Assembly (NCBI RefSeq): GCF_965240435.1
Contig: NZ_CBDEKO010000003.1
Strand: one strand, 5' to 3'
Source of the DNA: Moorena producens
Lineage (GTDB): Bacteria; Cyanobacteriota; Cyanobacteriia; Cyanobacteriales; Coleofasciculaceae
Length of the DNA stretch: 64,000 nt
Positions 52,902-62,944 of the stretch are shown here, in pieces. The notes below the pieces were generated by a model. It was not told the DNA's origin, made no database searches, and saw only the letters and a list, made by a program, of their open reading frames with translations. The number at the start of each line of letters is the position of its first letter. The first letter of the stretch is position 1. The translations under genes were made by a program, and so were the position numbers.

Positions 52902-53690
52902 CTAAGGCGTAGCAAAGAAATTCCAAGCAGAGTCTTCTTCACAGATTGTGGTAAATTCAGGCTCACTGAGTGGAGCTAACCCCTCTAGCCAACTGTTAAG
53001 TTTAAAAATATTCAAACCACACTGGTTGACTAGCAAATCATACATCATAGCTGGGGTTATTTTATAATCAATCATGGCACTACGACCAAATTCAAAGACT
53101 AGGTAAGGCTTGTGGCTTTTTAAGGTTCGGATAGCACCTTTGAAAACCTGAAAATCTGCTCCTTCTGCATCTACCTTAATCAAATTAACTTTGAAGTCAG
53201 GTTGAAGGATGTCATCAAGTTTGTGAGTTTTGATGGCAATGGATTCTGTTGTAGCATTGTTATAGCCCCAATAGCTGTAGTCTCTTTGTTTTAGACCACT
53301 GAGTGCTGGGGCATCAACAACATGCCAGAAGGTGGTTTCTCCCTCTAAATCACTCAAGGCAATTTGCCTAACATCAACCTTTGGGAACCGTTTTTGCAGC
53401 CGAGTAGCCAGCCGAGGGAGCGGCTCAAAAGCATAATGATGACCGAGGGGAGCCAGTTGGCATATTTTTGTCAACACAGTCCCCATGTTGCCACCCACAT
53501 CGATACAGTTTGAGGATTTGTCTAAAATCCGCTTCATAATCTGATAGACATAGGTATCATCTTTCCTGCTGGTCAGGATCTTTTGGCTAGGAGGCTTGAT
53601 CAAATCAACAATACTTCTTGCCGCAGACTCAAACGGTGTGCCAATTAAAAACTCTTTCAGGTGAGTTTTTAGGGTTAAAGGTAGATTCAT
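52902..53690 (-). CDS. FkbM-family methyltransferase
   Basis: ...NCIDVGGNMGTV... and ...LIKVDAEGADFQV... FkbM signatures. Confidence 0.8.
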   Translation of the reverse strand: MNLPLTLKTHLKEFLIGTPFESAARSIVDLIKPPSQKILTSRKDDTYVYQIMKRILDKSSNCIDVGGNMGTVLTKICQLAPLGHHYAFEPLPRLATRLQKRFPKVDVRQIALSDLEGETTFWHVVDAPALSGLKQRDYSYWGYNNATTESIAIKTHKLDDILQPDFKVNLIKVDAEGADFQVFKGAIRTLKSHKPYLVFEFGRSAMIDYKITPAMMYDLLVNQCGLNIFKLNSWLEGLAPLSEPEFTTICEEDSAWNFFATP

Positions 53691-53812
53691 TTTTTAGCCG
53701 CGTATAAACCTTAGCTTTTAGTTTATAGCAGAAACTAATCAGGGTTGAGCAGTTTTATCTACAAAGTTTTATACAAGCTTTACAAAGTGTTTGTAAAGCC
53801 CCCTATCAACTA

Positions 53813-54826
53813 TTAAGCTTGCTCCTGAGAAATTCGGCGCTTTTGTGAAGCTCCTGTCGTTTTTAAAGCCACAGCTTCCATTTGCTGGTAAATAGTTTTA
53901 GGTAAAAGTCGGAGCAAATAAGCAGCAGCCCCGGTCAACAGAGTACGAAGCGGTTCCTCTAGCAAAATACGCCAGTAAGTCCCTAAAGCCTTATTAAACA
54001 ATTCTGTTGCCATCAAGCCTTCTTTGATGCTGAGGGCACGTCGAGCACCAAACCGTAAATAATAAGCGCGGGCTGGCTTTTCACATTCAGCAATTACCTC
54101 TGGAGCATAGGCACGTGTTTTCTCAATCACCTTTTCTAGAGAATTTATATGCTTGAGTATACTAGCTGAATGCCCTTGTGAATGAATACGATATAAAGTC
54201 AGCGGCTCTGGCAAACCTTCCATGTGCCAATCAGTTTTAATCGCCATGCGCAGCCAACATTCCACGTCTTCGATATTGTGCAATTGAGTATCAAAATAAG
54301 CATCCTCCGTAGCCTGATCGTCTCGGTATCGAATTGCTTCAAACACTTCTCGCCGAATCACTGGTGTTGAACCATTCCCAATGGGATTACGACACATGAT
54401 ATAATCTGTAGTTATATCTTTAGTTTTGGCTATTTGATAGATTCCTAACGGAGTTCCTGTTTCATCAATTAACGCAGAATAGCTAAAACTTACTCCTACA
54501 TGGGGTGATGTTTCTAGATGCAAAACATGCTTTTCTAGCTTTTCTGGAACCCAGAGGTCATCTCCATCTAAGAAAGCGATATACTCTCCTTCAGCATGGC
54601 GAATGCCAGTGTTTCTAGCCGCTGATACTCCTTGATTATCCTGACGAATAACTTTAATTCTCGGATCGTTAATTTGTTGACAGATTTCGATACTGTTGTC
54701 AGGAGATCCATCATCAATGAGTAGCAGTTCAAAATTTTTATAGGTTTGGGCGAGCACAGATTCTACTGTGGCTGCTATGTAGTTTTCAACCTTATAGACT
54801 GGAATAATTACCGATACTTTTTTCAT
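53813..54826 (-). CDS. family 2 glycosyltransferase (GT2)
   Basis: VSVIIPVYKVENYI...LLLIDDGSPD...FLDGDDLW (DxD). Confidence 0.85.
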   Translation of the reverse strand: MKKVSVIIPVYKVENYIAATVESVLAQTYKNFELLLIDDGSPDNSIEICQQINDPRIKVIRQDNQGVSAARNTGIRHAEGEYIAFLDGDDLWVPEKLEKHVLHLETSPHVGVSFSYSALIDETGTPLGIYQIAKTKDITTDYIMCRNPIGNGSTPVIRREVFEAIRYRDDQATEDAYFDTQLHNIEDVECWLRMAIKTDWHMEGLPEPLTLYRIHSQGHSASILKHINSLEKVIEKTRAYAPEVIAECEKPARAYYLRFGARRALSIKEGLMATELFNKALGTYWRILLEEPLRTLLTGAAAYLLRLLPKTIYQQMEAVALKTTGASQKRRISQEQA

Positions 54827-54983
54827 CCTAGTTCACCCCTTTAAATTAGTTAAGCATGCTAGAAAAGCACAAGGTCAATAAAGATACGATACCCAACCCG
54901 ATAACCTCTTATAGAAATATAAGAAGCTTATTCTATAAGCTTTTTTAAGGTTGAATTTTTAATTTTTAATTCCGCGAGCGGTA

Positions 54984-55997
54984 CTAGTTTTGGACAAGAG
55001 GCTGTTTTTTAACATTGTTGAGCAGCTTAGAGACAAGCAATTCAATTTGAGCATATAAAGACTTCGGTAATAACCAAAGCATATAAGCGGCTATTAAGGT
55101 TAAGATTGTTCGCCGTGGCTGTTCTAGTAGGATACGCCAGTGATTGGATAATGATCGATGTATAAGTGTCACAGCATCTGAAGCTACTTTAAGACGAACC
55201 GCACTCCTAGCCAAGTACCGCAATTGGTAAGCCCTAGAAATGTTTTCCCATCGGCTGGTCAGTGTGGGAGCATAGGAACGGGTCTTTTCAATCATTTGTT
55301 CCAAGGACTCTAACTGCTTGAAAAGATTGGCTGACAACCCTTGTGTATTAATTCGATAGAGGGTTAATGCTTCAGGTATTCCCTCAATTTTCCAGTCAGT
55401 TTGAATAGCGATGCGAAGCCAACATTCAAGATCTTCAGCACGACGGAAGTTTTCATCAAAGTAATAATTTTCTGTAGAGCCGTAAAGATTATCCTGATAC
55501 TTAATTGTGTCAAAGACTTCTCGACGAACTACAGCAGCCGAACCGTTCCCGATCGGACTCTCTCGAAACAAATCAGATATAGTAATATTAGTGAGCTTAG
55601 GCATTAGATAGGCACCCATAAAATTTCCAGCTTCATCAATCAAAGCAGAACGGCTAAAACTAATCCCGACATCTGGGAATTTTTCTAAGTGTTCCATATG
55701 TCTTTCCAGTTTGTGAGGTAACCACAAGTCGTCTCCATCTAAAAACGCTAAATAATCTCCTTTTGCATGGCGAATTCCTGTATTTCGCGCTCCAGCAAGT
55801 CCCCGATTAGTTTGGTGAATAATGTTAATTCTATTATCGGAGAATTTTCGACAAATATTGACACTTTTATCTGGAGAATCATCGTCTATTATCAACACTT
55901 CAAAGTTTTGATAAGTCTGGTTTATAACCGACTTTACTGCGGTAGCAATATACTTTTCAACGCCGTATACTGGGATAATTATCGAAACAGTTTTCAT
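54984..55997 (-). CDS. family 2 glycosyltransferase (GT2), paralog
   Basis: VSIIIPVYGVEKYI...VLIIDDDSPD...FLDGDDLW; collinear with 53813, 57213, 58288 genes. Confidence 0.85.
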   Translation of the reverse strand: MKTVSIIIPVYGVEKYIATAVKSVINQTYQNFEVLIIDDDSPDKSVNICRKFSDNRINIIHQTNRGLAGARNTGIRHAKGDYLAFLDGDDLWLPHKLERHMEHLEKFPDVGISFSRSALIDEAGNFMGAYLMPKLTNITISDLFRESPIGNGSAAVVRREVFDTIKYQDNLYGSTENYYFDENFRRAEDLECWLRIAIQTDWKIEGIPEALTLYRINTQGLSANLFKQLESLEQMIEKTRSYAPTLTSRWENISRAYQLRYLARSAVRLKVASDAVTLIHRSLSNHWRILLEQPRRTILTLIAAYMLWLLPKSLYAQIELLVSKLLNNVKKQPLVQN

Positions 55998-56970
55998 CGG
56001 GTAAAATTAATTAATAATTTACAGATACGCTATACTATAATTATGGTTATAAATGTTGTAAATTAATTGCCAAAATTTTGACAATAATTTTTAATAAACT
56101 TAGTGTAAATAATCAGGTATTTTCTGAGTAATTAAAACTAGGTTTTTTTGTATATGTATAGATAGTTTGGTATCCATTTTAACCTTACACCTATATCTAG
56201 CAAGTACTTTGGGGCGCTTGTTGCAACCCAGATAAATATAAATAAAATTTATCAGTTTTTTGATAATAGTTTTTGTATAATTGTATAATATACTTTCCAG
56301 TAGCATTTGTACTTTATACTACAGTTGTATAATAAAGCGAACGCCACAAGTAGAACAGTAAGCAATATGATGATTTCAAGATACCATGGCTGTCAGCTTA
56401 TATAAAAGAGTTACAACCAGACTTTATACAAGTAAATCATACTTAAAAAGTATAGCAAAAAAAAACTATCTACCGAGAGATTTAATTTATAAAGACTAGA
56501 CATAATTTTCACAATTAGTAGACAGAAATTTTACAATTAGCTACAACTCACAAAATATCCAATTTCACTGTCTTGATGCCGTCGCTAATGGGGAGGGGCT
56601 GTGGGGAGCATGTCACTTTTGCCGAACATTTGTACTAAGGTAATAGGTAATGGGTAATAGCGATGCAGCGCGGTCTTGGGGAGGCAGTGCGGTCTTGGGG
56701 GTTCCCCCCATGAGCAACTGCCGTGGTTTCCCCCATGAGCGACTGCATCAAGACGGTAATAGGTAATAGGTCTTCAGGGGAGCTAGTCCTGGATGAATAT
56801 TTGTACATTATCTATAGCCCCCTCATGGGTTTAAGCTTGCTCTACTGGAAAATAGTACTAATGTTTAAGCATTGCAAGACCTGCTCCCGGGGCTGTGTGG
56901 GTAACCTGCGTCGGCACCGCTGTTTGCCCTGTGGAGACTCCTTCTTCCTTTGCTGCATGGCTTTATAGAT

Positions 56971-57098
56971 CAGGACTTACGCATTTGCCCCCGTTGGTCC
57001 CCCAAGCGAGGGATTGCTCGCTTGGGGGACTTTGACCTCATTCCCCCCCAGAATTGGGGGGATAGGGGGGCGAAATAAACTTCACCGCGTAAGTCCTG
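56971..57098. mobile_element. MITE family A copy (TIR CAGGACTTACGC / GCGTAAGTCCTG)
   Basis: Matches element at 35083..35187 in TIRs and internal GGGGGACTTTGAC / CCCCAGAATTGGGGGG. Confidence 0.7.
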
Positions 57099-57212
57099 TA
57101 GATGCTACAGATAGTTAATGGGTAATGGATGATTGACCGAGGCATTATCCATTACCCATTAACCAGCATGTATTGGTAGCAGAGCTTTACCTATTTGCTA
57201 ATAGATGAAATT

Positions 57213-58238
57213 TCATGTACCTCTGATTGCTTGAGAAATCCGGCGCTTTTGTGAAGACCCTGTGGTTTTTAAAGCTAAAGCTTCTATATGCTTGTAAAGA
57301 TTCTCAGGTATAAGCCAGAGCAAATAGGCCGCAGCCCCAGTTAACACCGTACGACGTGGTTCTTCCCAGAGCATCTGCCAGTAGCTCCCCAGAGCTTCGT
57401 TGAAGAATTGGACAGCCATGGCACCATCTCTCAAGGTAACTGCCCGACGAGCTAGATACCTCGAATGGTAAGCACGGGCGCGGTTTTCCCACTCAACCAC
57501 CACCTCAGGAGCATAGGAACGAGTCTTCTCAATTACCTGTTCCCAAGACCTTTGTTTTTTGAACAAGTTAGCTGATATACCACCAGAATTGACTCGGTAT
57601 AGAGTCAAAGAGTCAGGAATGCCTTCCAGGTGCCAATTGGTTTGGATAGCAATGCGAAACCAACAATCCAAATCCTGTGAACCTTGCAATCCCTCATCCC
57701 AATAAAGGTCTTTGGTCTTTCCGTCAATAGTCTCTTGGTACTTAATAGCTTCAAATACCTCCTTGCGGAACACAGCACAGGAGCCATTACTAATAGGATT
57801 ACGGCAAATGATGTCACCCATAGTGATGTCCTTCAGCTTGGGTAGTTGATAGATTCCTAGGGAATTTCCTGCTTCATCGATAAACCCAGAACAGCTAAAG
57901 CTAATCCCCAAATTGGGATTGTTTTCCAAATGTTCAATATGTTTTTCTAGCTTTTCAGGCAACCATAGGTCATCGCCATCTAAAAATGCTAAATACTCTC
58001 CCTGGGCTTGGCGGATACCTTCATTCCTTGCTGCATTAGCTCCCTGATTTTCCTGACGAATAATTTTGATTCTGGGGTCTAGGAACTGCTGGCAAATCTC
58101 TACACTGTGGTCAGGAGAACCATCATCAATCAGCAAATATTCAAAATTTTGGTAAGTTTGATCCAAAACTGACTGTACTGTAGCAGCAATATACTTCTCA
58201 ACGTTGTAGACTGGAGTGATTACGGAAACTTTTTTCAT
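57213..58238 (-). CDS. family 2 glycosyltransferase (GT2), paralog
   Basis: MKKVSVITPVYNVEKYI...LLIDDGSPD...FLDGDDLW; ORF-track start 58250 (MDYKMKK) trimmed to second Met. Confidence 0.8.
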   Translation of the reverse strand: MKKVSVITPVYNVEKYIAATVQSVLDQTYQNFEYLLIDDGSPDHSVEICQQFLDPRIKIIRQENQGANAARNEGIRQAQGEYLAFLDGDDLWLPEKLEKHIEHLENNPNLGISFSCSGFIDEAGNSLGIYQLPKLKDITMGDIICRNPISNGSCAVFRKEVFEAIKYQETIDGKTKDLYWDEGLQGSQDLDCWFRIAIQTNWHLEGIPDSLTLYRVNSGGISANLFKKQRSWEQVIEKTRSYAPEVVVEWENRARAYHSRYLARRAVTLRDGAMAVQFFNEALGSYWQMLWEEPRRTVLTGAAAYLLWLIPENLYKHIEALALKTTGSSQKRRISQAIRGT

Positions 58239-58287
58239 TTTATAATCCATCTTATACTAAATGACTAAGAGAAAATGACTAAGACAA

Positions 58288-59334
58288 TTATTGTCCAAGT
58301 TTGTCTTGTAAAATCTGACGTCTTTGGATCATTCCCACTAGTTTGACAGCCAGAACTTCGAGGTAGGAATATAGGGGCTTAGGCAACAGCCAAAGTAAAT
58401 AGGCAGCAGCCAAAGTCCGAAGGGTACGGCTTGGTTCTTCCAAGAGAAGACGCCAGTAAGTTGCCAAAGCACCGTTAATTAGTTTGACAGACATTGCTCC
58501 ATCTTTGAGACGTACTGCACTACGAGCAAAGTTTCGCAATCGATAGGCCAGGGCTAAATTTCCCCACTTGTCAATCAAGTCAGGAGCATAGGAGCGAGTT
58601 TTTTCTAGTACTTGTTTCCAGGAATCTAACTGTTTGACTAAGTTCGCTGAAAGACTGGCTGAATTCACTCGATATAGGGTTAGTGCTTCAGGGATTCCCT
58701 CAATTTTCCAGTCTGTCTGAATCGCAATACGTAGCCAACATTCAATATCTTCAGCGCGGCGGAAGTTTTCATCAAAGTAAAAATCTTCTGTAGTGCCGTA
58801 AAGGTTATCTTGATACCTAATAGCTTCAAAGACTTCCCGTCGAATTACCGGAGCTGAACCATTCCCAATAGGACTAGACCGGAATAAATCTGATCGGGTA
58901 ATGTTCTTTAACTTAGGCATTAGATAAGTGTTCAATAAATTTCCCGATTCATCAATCAATGCAGAACGGCAAAAACTAACCCCTACCTCTGGAAATTTTT
59001 CTAAGTGTTCAATATGTCTTTCCAGTTTCTGAGGCAACCACAAGTCATCCCCATCTAAAAAGGCTAAATAATCTCCTTTGGCCTGGCGAATTCCTGTATT
59101 TCGCGCTCCAGCAAGTCCCCGATTAGTTTGATGAATAATCTTAATTCGATGATCCGAAAATTCTTGACAAATTTTTACACTACTGTCCGGGGATTCATCG
59201 TCAATAATGAGCACTTCAAAGTTGGTATAGGTCTGGTCGAGAACAGACTGCACCGCTGCTGCAATATAGTTTTCAACTCCGTAGACAGGAATAATGACAG
59301 AAACATGTTTCATTGTTTGGACACTGGTTTTCAA
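58288..59334 (-). CDS. family 2 glycosyltransferase (GT2), paralog
   Basis: VSVIIPVYGVENYI...VLIIDDESPD...FLDGDDLW; true start may be the internal MKHVSV. Confidence 0.8.
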   Translation of the reverse strand: MKTSVQTMKHVSVIIPVYGVENYIAAAVQSVLDQTYTNFEVLIIDDESPDSSVKICQEFSDHRIKIIHQTNRGLAGARNTGIRQAKGDYLAFLDGDDLWLPQKLERHIEHLEKFPEVGVSFCRSALIDESGNLLNTYLMPKLKNITRSDLFRSSPIGNGSAPVIRREVFEAIRYQDNLYGTTEDFYFDENFRRAEDIECWLRIAIQTDWKIEGIPEALTLYRVNSASLSANLVKQLDSWKQVLEKTRSYAPDLIDKWGNLALAYRLRNFARSAVRLKDGAMSVKLINGALATYWRLLLEEPSRTLRTLAAAYLLWLLPKPLYSYLEVLAVKLVGMIQRRQILQDKLGQ

Positions 59335-59464
59335 GAGAACTAGTTTTGAGTTAAACGTTTTTTAAAAAATTAATCCTGAAATAGGTAAAATAGATAAATA
59401 TATGAAACTGACAACTGACCACTAAAAATTACCTCGTGAGCACTATTCTCCTCCCAGAAACTGA

Positions 59465-61822
59465 TCATAATTTTCTGCCCAAGTTTACTAGACTGTCTGG
59501 CATTTGTGATCTGGTAGGTAAGGTAGGACCGTCTACCAATTGCAGTTGGGGATAATACATAATAGATGAGTCTGACTTAACTAGTTCCCATTGGCTTAAA
59601 ACAGAGGAATAGACGGTTTGTGCAATGCGTAAATCTCGCTCTAGAATTTCCAGAGTCAAGGCATCTTGGGACATTTTGCTAAGTTTTACTTCAAGCTGAG
59701 AAATCTGAAACTCTAGATCCCTGGCCTTGTCCTCACTACCTTGTAGTTGTGGTTTAATATCATCCATTTCTAAGGGTGGATCATCTTGGAATAAGCTAGC
59801 TTGAGGCTGATGGTGAAAAGGATTCATCACCTGAGGATTTGTAGAATGACTATGATCAGACTGAGTCGGTACTAGCTCAGCCAGCAATTCAATCTTTTTG
59901 CGCCGTAATTCAATCTTTTTGCGCCGTAGTGCTTCTATTGTCTCTAAGATCTGGTTTAAGGGCAATCCTATCTTCGCCGTTTTTTGAGCTAGGCGTTGCT
60001 GTGCATTTTCTAGATCATTTTCGGCTGACTTTATATACACTGGGATAGTCTTTTGTTGTTGAGCAATTTCTTGCTTTCTGAGTTGTTCCAGTCTTTTGTT
60101 AAACGCCTGATTAATCGCGAAGGCTCTTCGTTGGGCTTCCTCAGGGGTGACTCCTGAAATTTCAAAAACCATCATTGTAGAGTTATCGATTAGTTGAATC
60201 GAAGGCTTATCTAAGCTATCTACAGATATATTTAGCTGCTTTGCCGCTTCTTCTAAAACCCCCACACTTTCAGCTATGAACTTCAGGTGTTTTCTGGGAT
60301 CATCGATGCGATCGCTTAACCCGGCACTGCTATTACTGTTATTACTGTTATTACTGTTATTACTGTTATTACTGTCAGCATCACGAAATTCAGAACCCTG
60401 AGTGTTAGGGAATGTCCCACTACTGGCTAATGATAATGTCCATTGGCTGACATAAAACTGATCAGTATCAGTCTCATCGTGAGATTGGAGTATAGTATGA
60501 GATTGGAGTACAGTATTCTCTAAGGCTACAGGAGAGGTTTCAGGTTTAGCAAAGACATACCTAGCAGACCAAACCACAAATAAGGGAATTAAAATGGCAT
60601 GAACCAGTAAAACCGATATAGCGACCGTGATGATTCCCCATTTCACTGCTATCAGTAGACTACAGGAAAATATCATGGTAAATAATACATTCCAGAGCAA
60701 GCCAATGTGCGGTTTTTCAATGGCTGCTAAAAGCTGAAATCCAGCAATATCAAAGGGTCTAGGAATTGCTGATAAGCAAACTAAAATGACGATGGGAACC
60801 ACCATACTCCAGCCTTCCGTATTAATTTTTTCCCCAACCATAATGGGAATATAAAACGGAACTAGACTTGATTGTAAAGCAACAAAACCAACAATCACTC
60901 TTCCAATCGTCTTCAGACTGTTAAAGTATGTTTGCTTAAATTTCGATAAGTTTGTCCGTACTTCACATAGGGCAGGGTATAAAGCAGTAGTAATCGATTG
61001 GACGATAGTTAAGCTAATTCCCAAGCCAGCATTGTAAGCAAAGTAGTAAACACCTAATAGGTCAATTCCTATAAAGCGACCAATGATAAGATAGTCGAGA
61101 GTTTCCCTCAGAGTCTTTAAAAGTTCAATCCCCAGGAAATTGATTCCAAAGCGAAAAATTTTACCCCAGTATTTGGTTGTGAAAGAGCCAGTTCTCCGCC
61201 AGGGATGTTTGAACAGATAGGTAATAAATTCTATAGGGCTAGCTATTAGTATGGGAAGTATTATCGCCCACATCCCCAGATGAAGAACAGCAAAGACAGC
61301 GGTTAGGATATTGGCGGTGGCATATCTGAGAGCGCGAGCTGTAGCTGTTATCTGAATTCGATTATCCCTTTGAATTAGTGCTGACTGTACTGCCCCTAAG
61401 GGAGCAATCAAAAAGTTAAATGCTAATAGACAAATGGGTAAAATAAGTTGGTTATCTTTATAAAACCACGCAACTGGAAAAGCAGCAAGGCACTGCATAA
61501 CGAATAGACTTGCAAAAAGTACCCAATTTAACCAATAAGCACTATTACAAATTTCTTCCAGCTCATCGGCTTCCGCCTGTATAATTCTAGCATGAACACC
61601 GATCCGCGTTACTGTTTGTGAATATTCATAGGTCGTCAGAACCAGTGCAGCTAATCCAAAGTCATGGGGAGTTAAGAAGCGTGGCAAAATAAACGTTGCA
61701 CCTAAACGGGAAACCCGAATAAATGCCTGGGCAACTCCCATCCAACCAAGATTGCGAGTAAAAGTGCTTCTATTACCTAGTTTGTGCTTGATGCGACTCC
61801 CGATTGTTTTGACAATGTTCAC
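59465..61822 (-). CDS. polysaccharide flippase (Wzx/MOP-type, multi-TM) fused to a C-terminal coiled-coil domain (Wzz/chain-length-regulator-like)
   Basis: N-terminal ~430 aa with ~12-14 predicted TM helices typical of oligosaccharide flippases; C-terminal ~330 aa hydrophilic, heptad-rich (..LEQLRKQEIAQQQ.., ..KIELRRKKIELL..); in-frame (NNS)n from TTATTACTG nonamer repeat at 60315-60375. Confidence 0.65.
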   Translation of the reverse strand: MNIVKTIGSRIKHKLGNRSTFTRNLGWMGVAQAFIRVSRLGATFILPRFLTPHDFGLAALVLTTYEYSQTVTRIGVHARIIQAEADELEEICNSAYWLNWVLFASLFVMQCLAAFPVAWFYKDNQLILPICLLAFNFLIAPLGAVQSALIQRDNRIQITATARALRYATANILTAVFAVLHLGMWAIILPILIASPIEFITYLFKHPWRRTGSFTTKYWGKIFRFGINFLGIELLKTLRETLDYLIIGRFIGIDLLGVYYFAYNAGLGISLTIVQSITTALYPALCEVRTNLSKFKQTYFNSLKTIGRVIVGFVALQSSLVPFYIPIMVGEKINTEGWSMVVPIVILVCLSAIPRPFDIAGFQLLAAIEKPHIGLLWNVLFTMIFSCSLLIAVKWGIITVAISVLLVHAILIPLFVVWSARYVFAKPETSPVALENTVLQSHTILQSHDETDTDQFYVSQWTLSLASSGTFPNTQGSEFRDADSNNSNNSNNSNNSNSSAGLSDRIDDPRKHLKFIAESVGVLEEAAKQLNISVDSLDKPSIQLIDNSTMMVFEISGVTPEEAQRRAFAINQAFNKRLEQLRKQEIAQQQKTIPVYIKSAENDLENAQQRLAQKTAKIGLPLNQILETIEALRRKKIELRRKKIELLAELVPTQSDHSHSTNPQVMNPFHHQPQASLFQDDPPLEMDDIKPQLQGSEDKARDLEFQISQLEVKLSKMSQDALTLEILERDLRIAQTVYSSVLSQWELVKSDSSIMYYPQLQLVDGPTLPTRSQMPDSLVNLGRKL

Positions 61823-61882
61823 AGTGGATCTCCCATCCTGCCATCCTTTTGATGATTGATATCTATCAAATTATAGTGGTAG

Positions 61883-62866
61883 TTAGTGCTCTGAAATCAT
61901 CCGATTATCCACAGATACCATCGGCATTTTCTGGCCGATTAGTTGGATTAAATGTCCAGCTAATTTTTTAGGCATAATTTTGATTATTAATAGTTTTAAA
62001 ATTAGACGGATAGTTTCCTTACTTAGCAAAAATTTGGGGTAAAGTTTTATGGAATAGCTAAGTTTTTGACTAGCTAGCTTTACTCCTTCATCATCAAAAG
62101 CATTAGCTATACACTGCTTAGCCAGATAACGATAGGCATTCGCTAAACTTTTATTTTTAAGAGACTTAAGTTCTGGTGGAGCTGCCTTGAATGCTCTTTC
62201 AATTACAATTAGGTTTGCGTTCTCCATCACATCCACTTTAGAGGTCATTGACTGGGAAGAGCGACGGTAGAGAATTTGGTATTTAGGAACCAGTACAAAA
62301 GGACATAAAGCTGCTAGCCTGAGGTAATAATCCCAATCTTCAACTGATTTTAGGCATGGGTCAAATTCTCCAGCGGCTTCAATATACTTCCGCTTTACCA
62401 TGATATTGGAACCACTGGATATGAAGTTACGAATTAGTAATTCGGGATAAACATTACCCTCCCAATAAAGTGGTTGCCAAGCAAACAAAAATTTGCTATT
62501 CTCATCTATAAAGGCAGTCCAACTGTAAGCCACTCCAGCTTCAGGATTTTTTTGCAGTGCTGCTAACTGTAGCTCCAATTTATCGGGTTTCCATAAATCA
62601 TCGGCATCTATAAACGTAATAAATTCGCCCCTAGAGCGACGAATACCACGATTACGAGCCACTGGCAATCCGCCATTTTCATAGGAGAACACTTTCAATC
62701 GATCATCGTTGACTGTACTGATTACATCTAATGTACCATCAGTTGAGCCGTCATTAATAATAATTAACTCAAAATCTGAAAAGGTTTGTACTTGAATCGA
62801 TTGGATCGTTTCTAATATAGTTTTTTCTCCGTTATAAACTGGAACTATTACAGATATGGTGGGCAT
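61883..62866 (-). CDS. family 2 glycosyltransferase (GT2)
   Basis: MPTISVIVPVYNGEKTI...LIIINDGSTDGT...FIDADDLW; ORF-track start 62929 trimmed to internal Met. Confidence 0.8.
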   Translation of the reverse strand: MPTISVIVPVYNGEKTILETIQSIQVQTFSDFELIIINDGSTDGTLDVISTVNDDRLKVFSYENGGLPVARNRGIRRSRGEFITFIDADDLWKPDKLELQLAALQKNPEAGVAYSWTAFIDENSKFLFAWQPLYWEGNVYPELLIRNFISSGSNIMVKRKYIEAAGEFDPCLKSVEDWDYYLRLAALCPFVLVPKYQILYRRSSQSMTSKVDVMENANLIVIERAFKAAPPELKSLKNKSLANAYRYLAKQCIANAFDDEGVKLASQKLSYSIKLYPKFLLSKETIRLILKLLIIKIMPKKLAGHLIQLIGQKMPMVSVDNRMISEH

Positions 62867-62944
62867 GGCGATTATCCTTTTTTTGTATATAATTAGTTCG
62901 TGGTGATTTACCACCAGAGGTCTAGACAAACCCCTTGAGCATTT

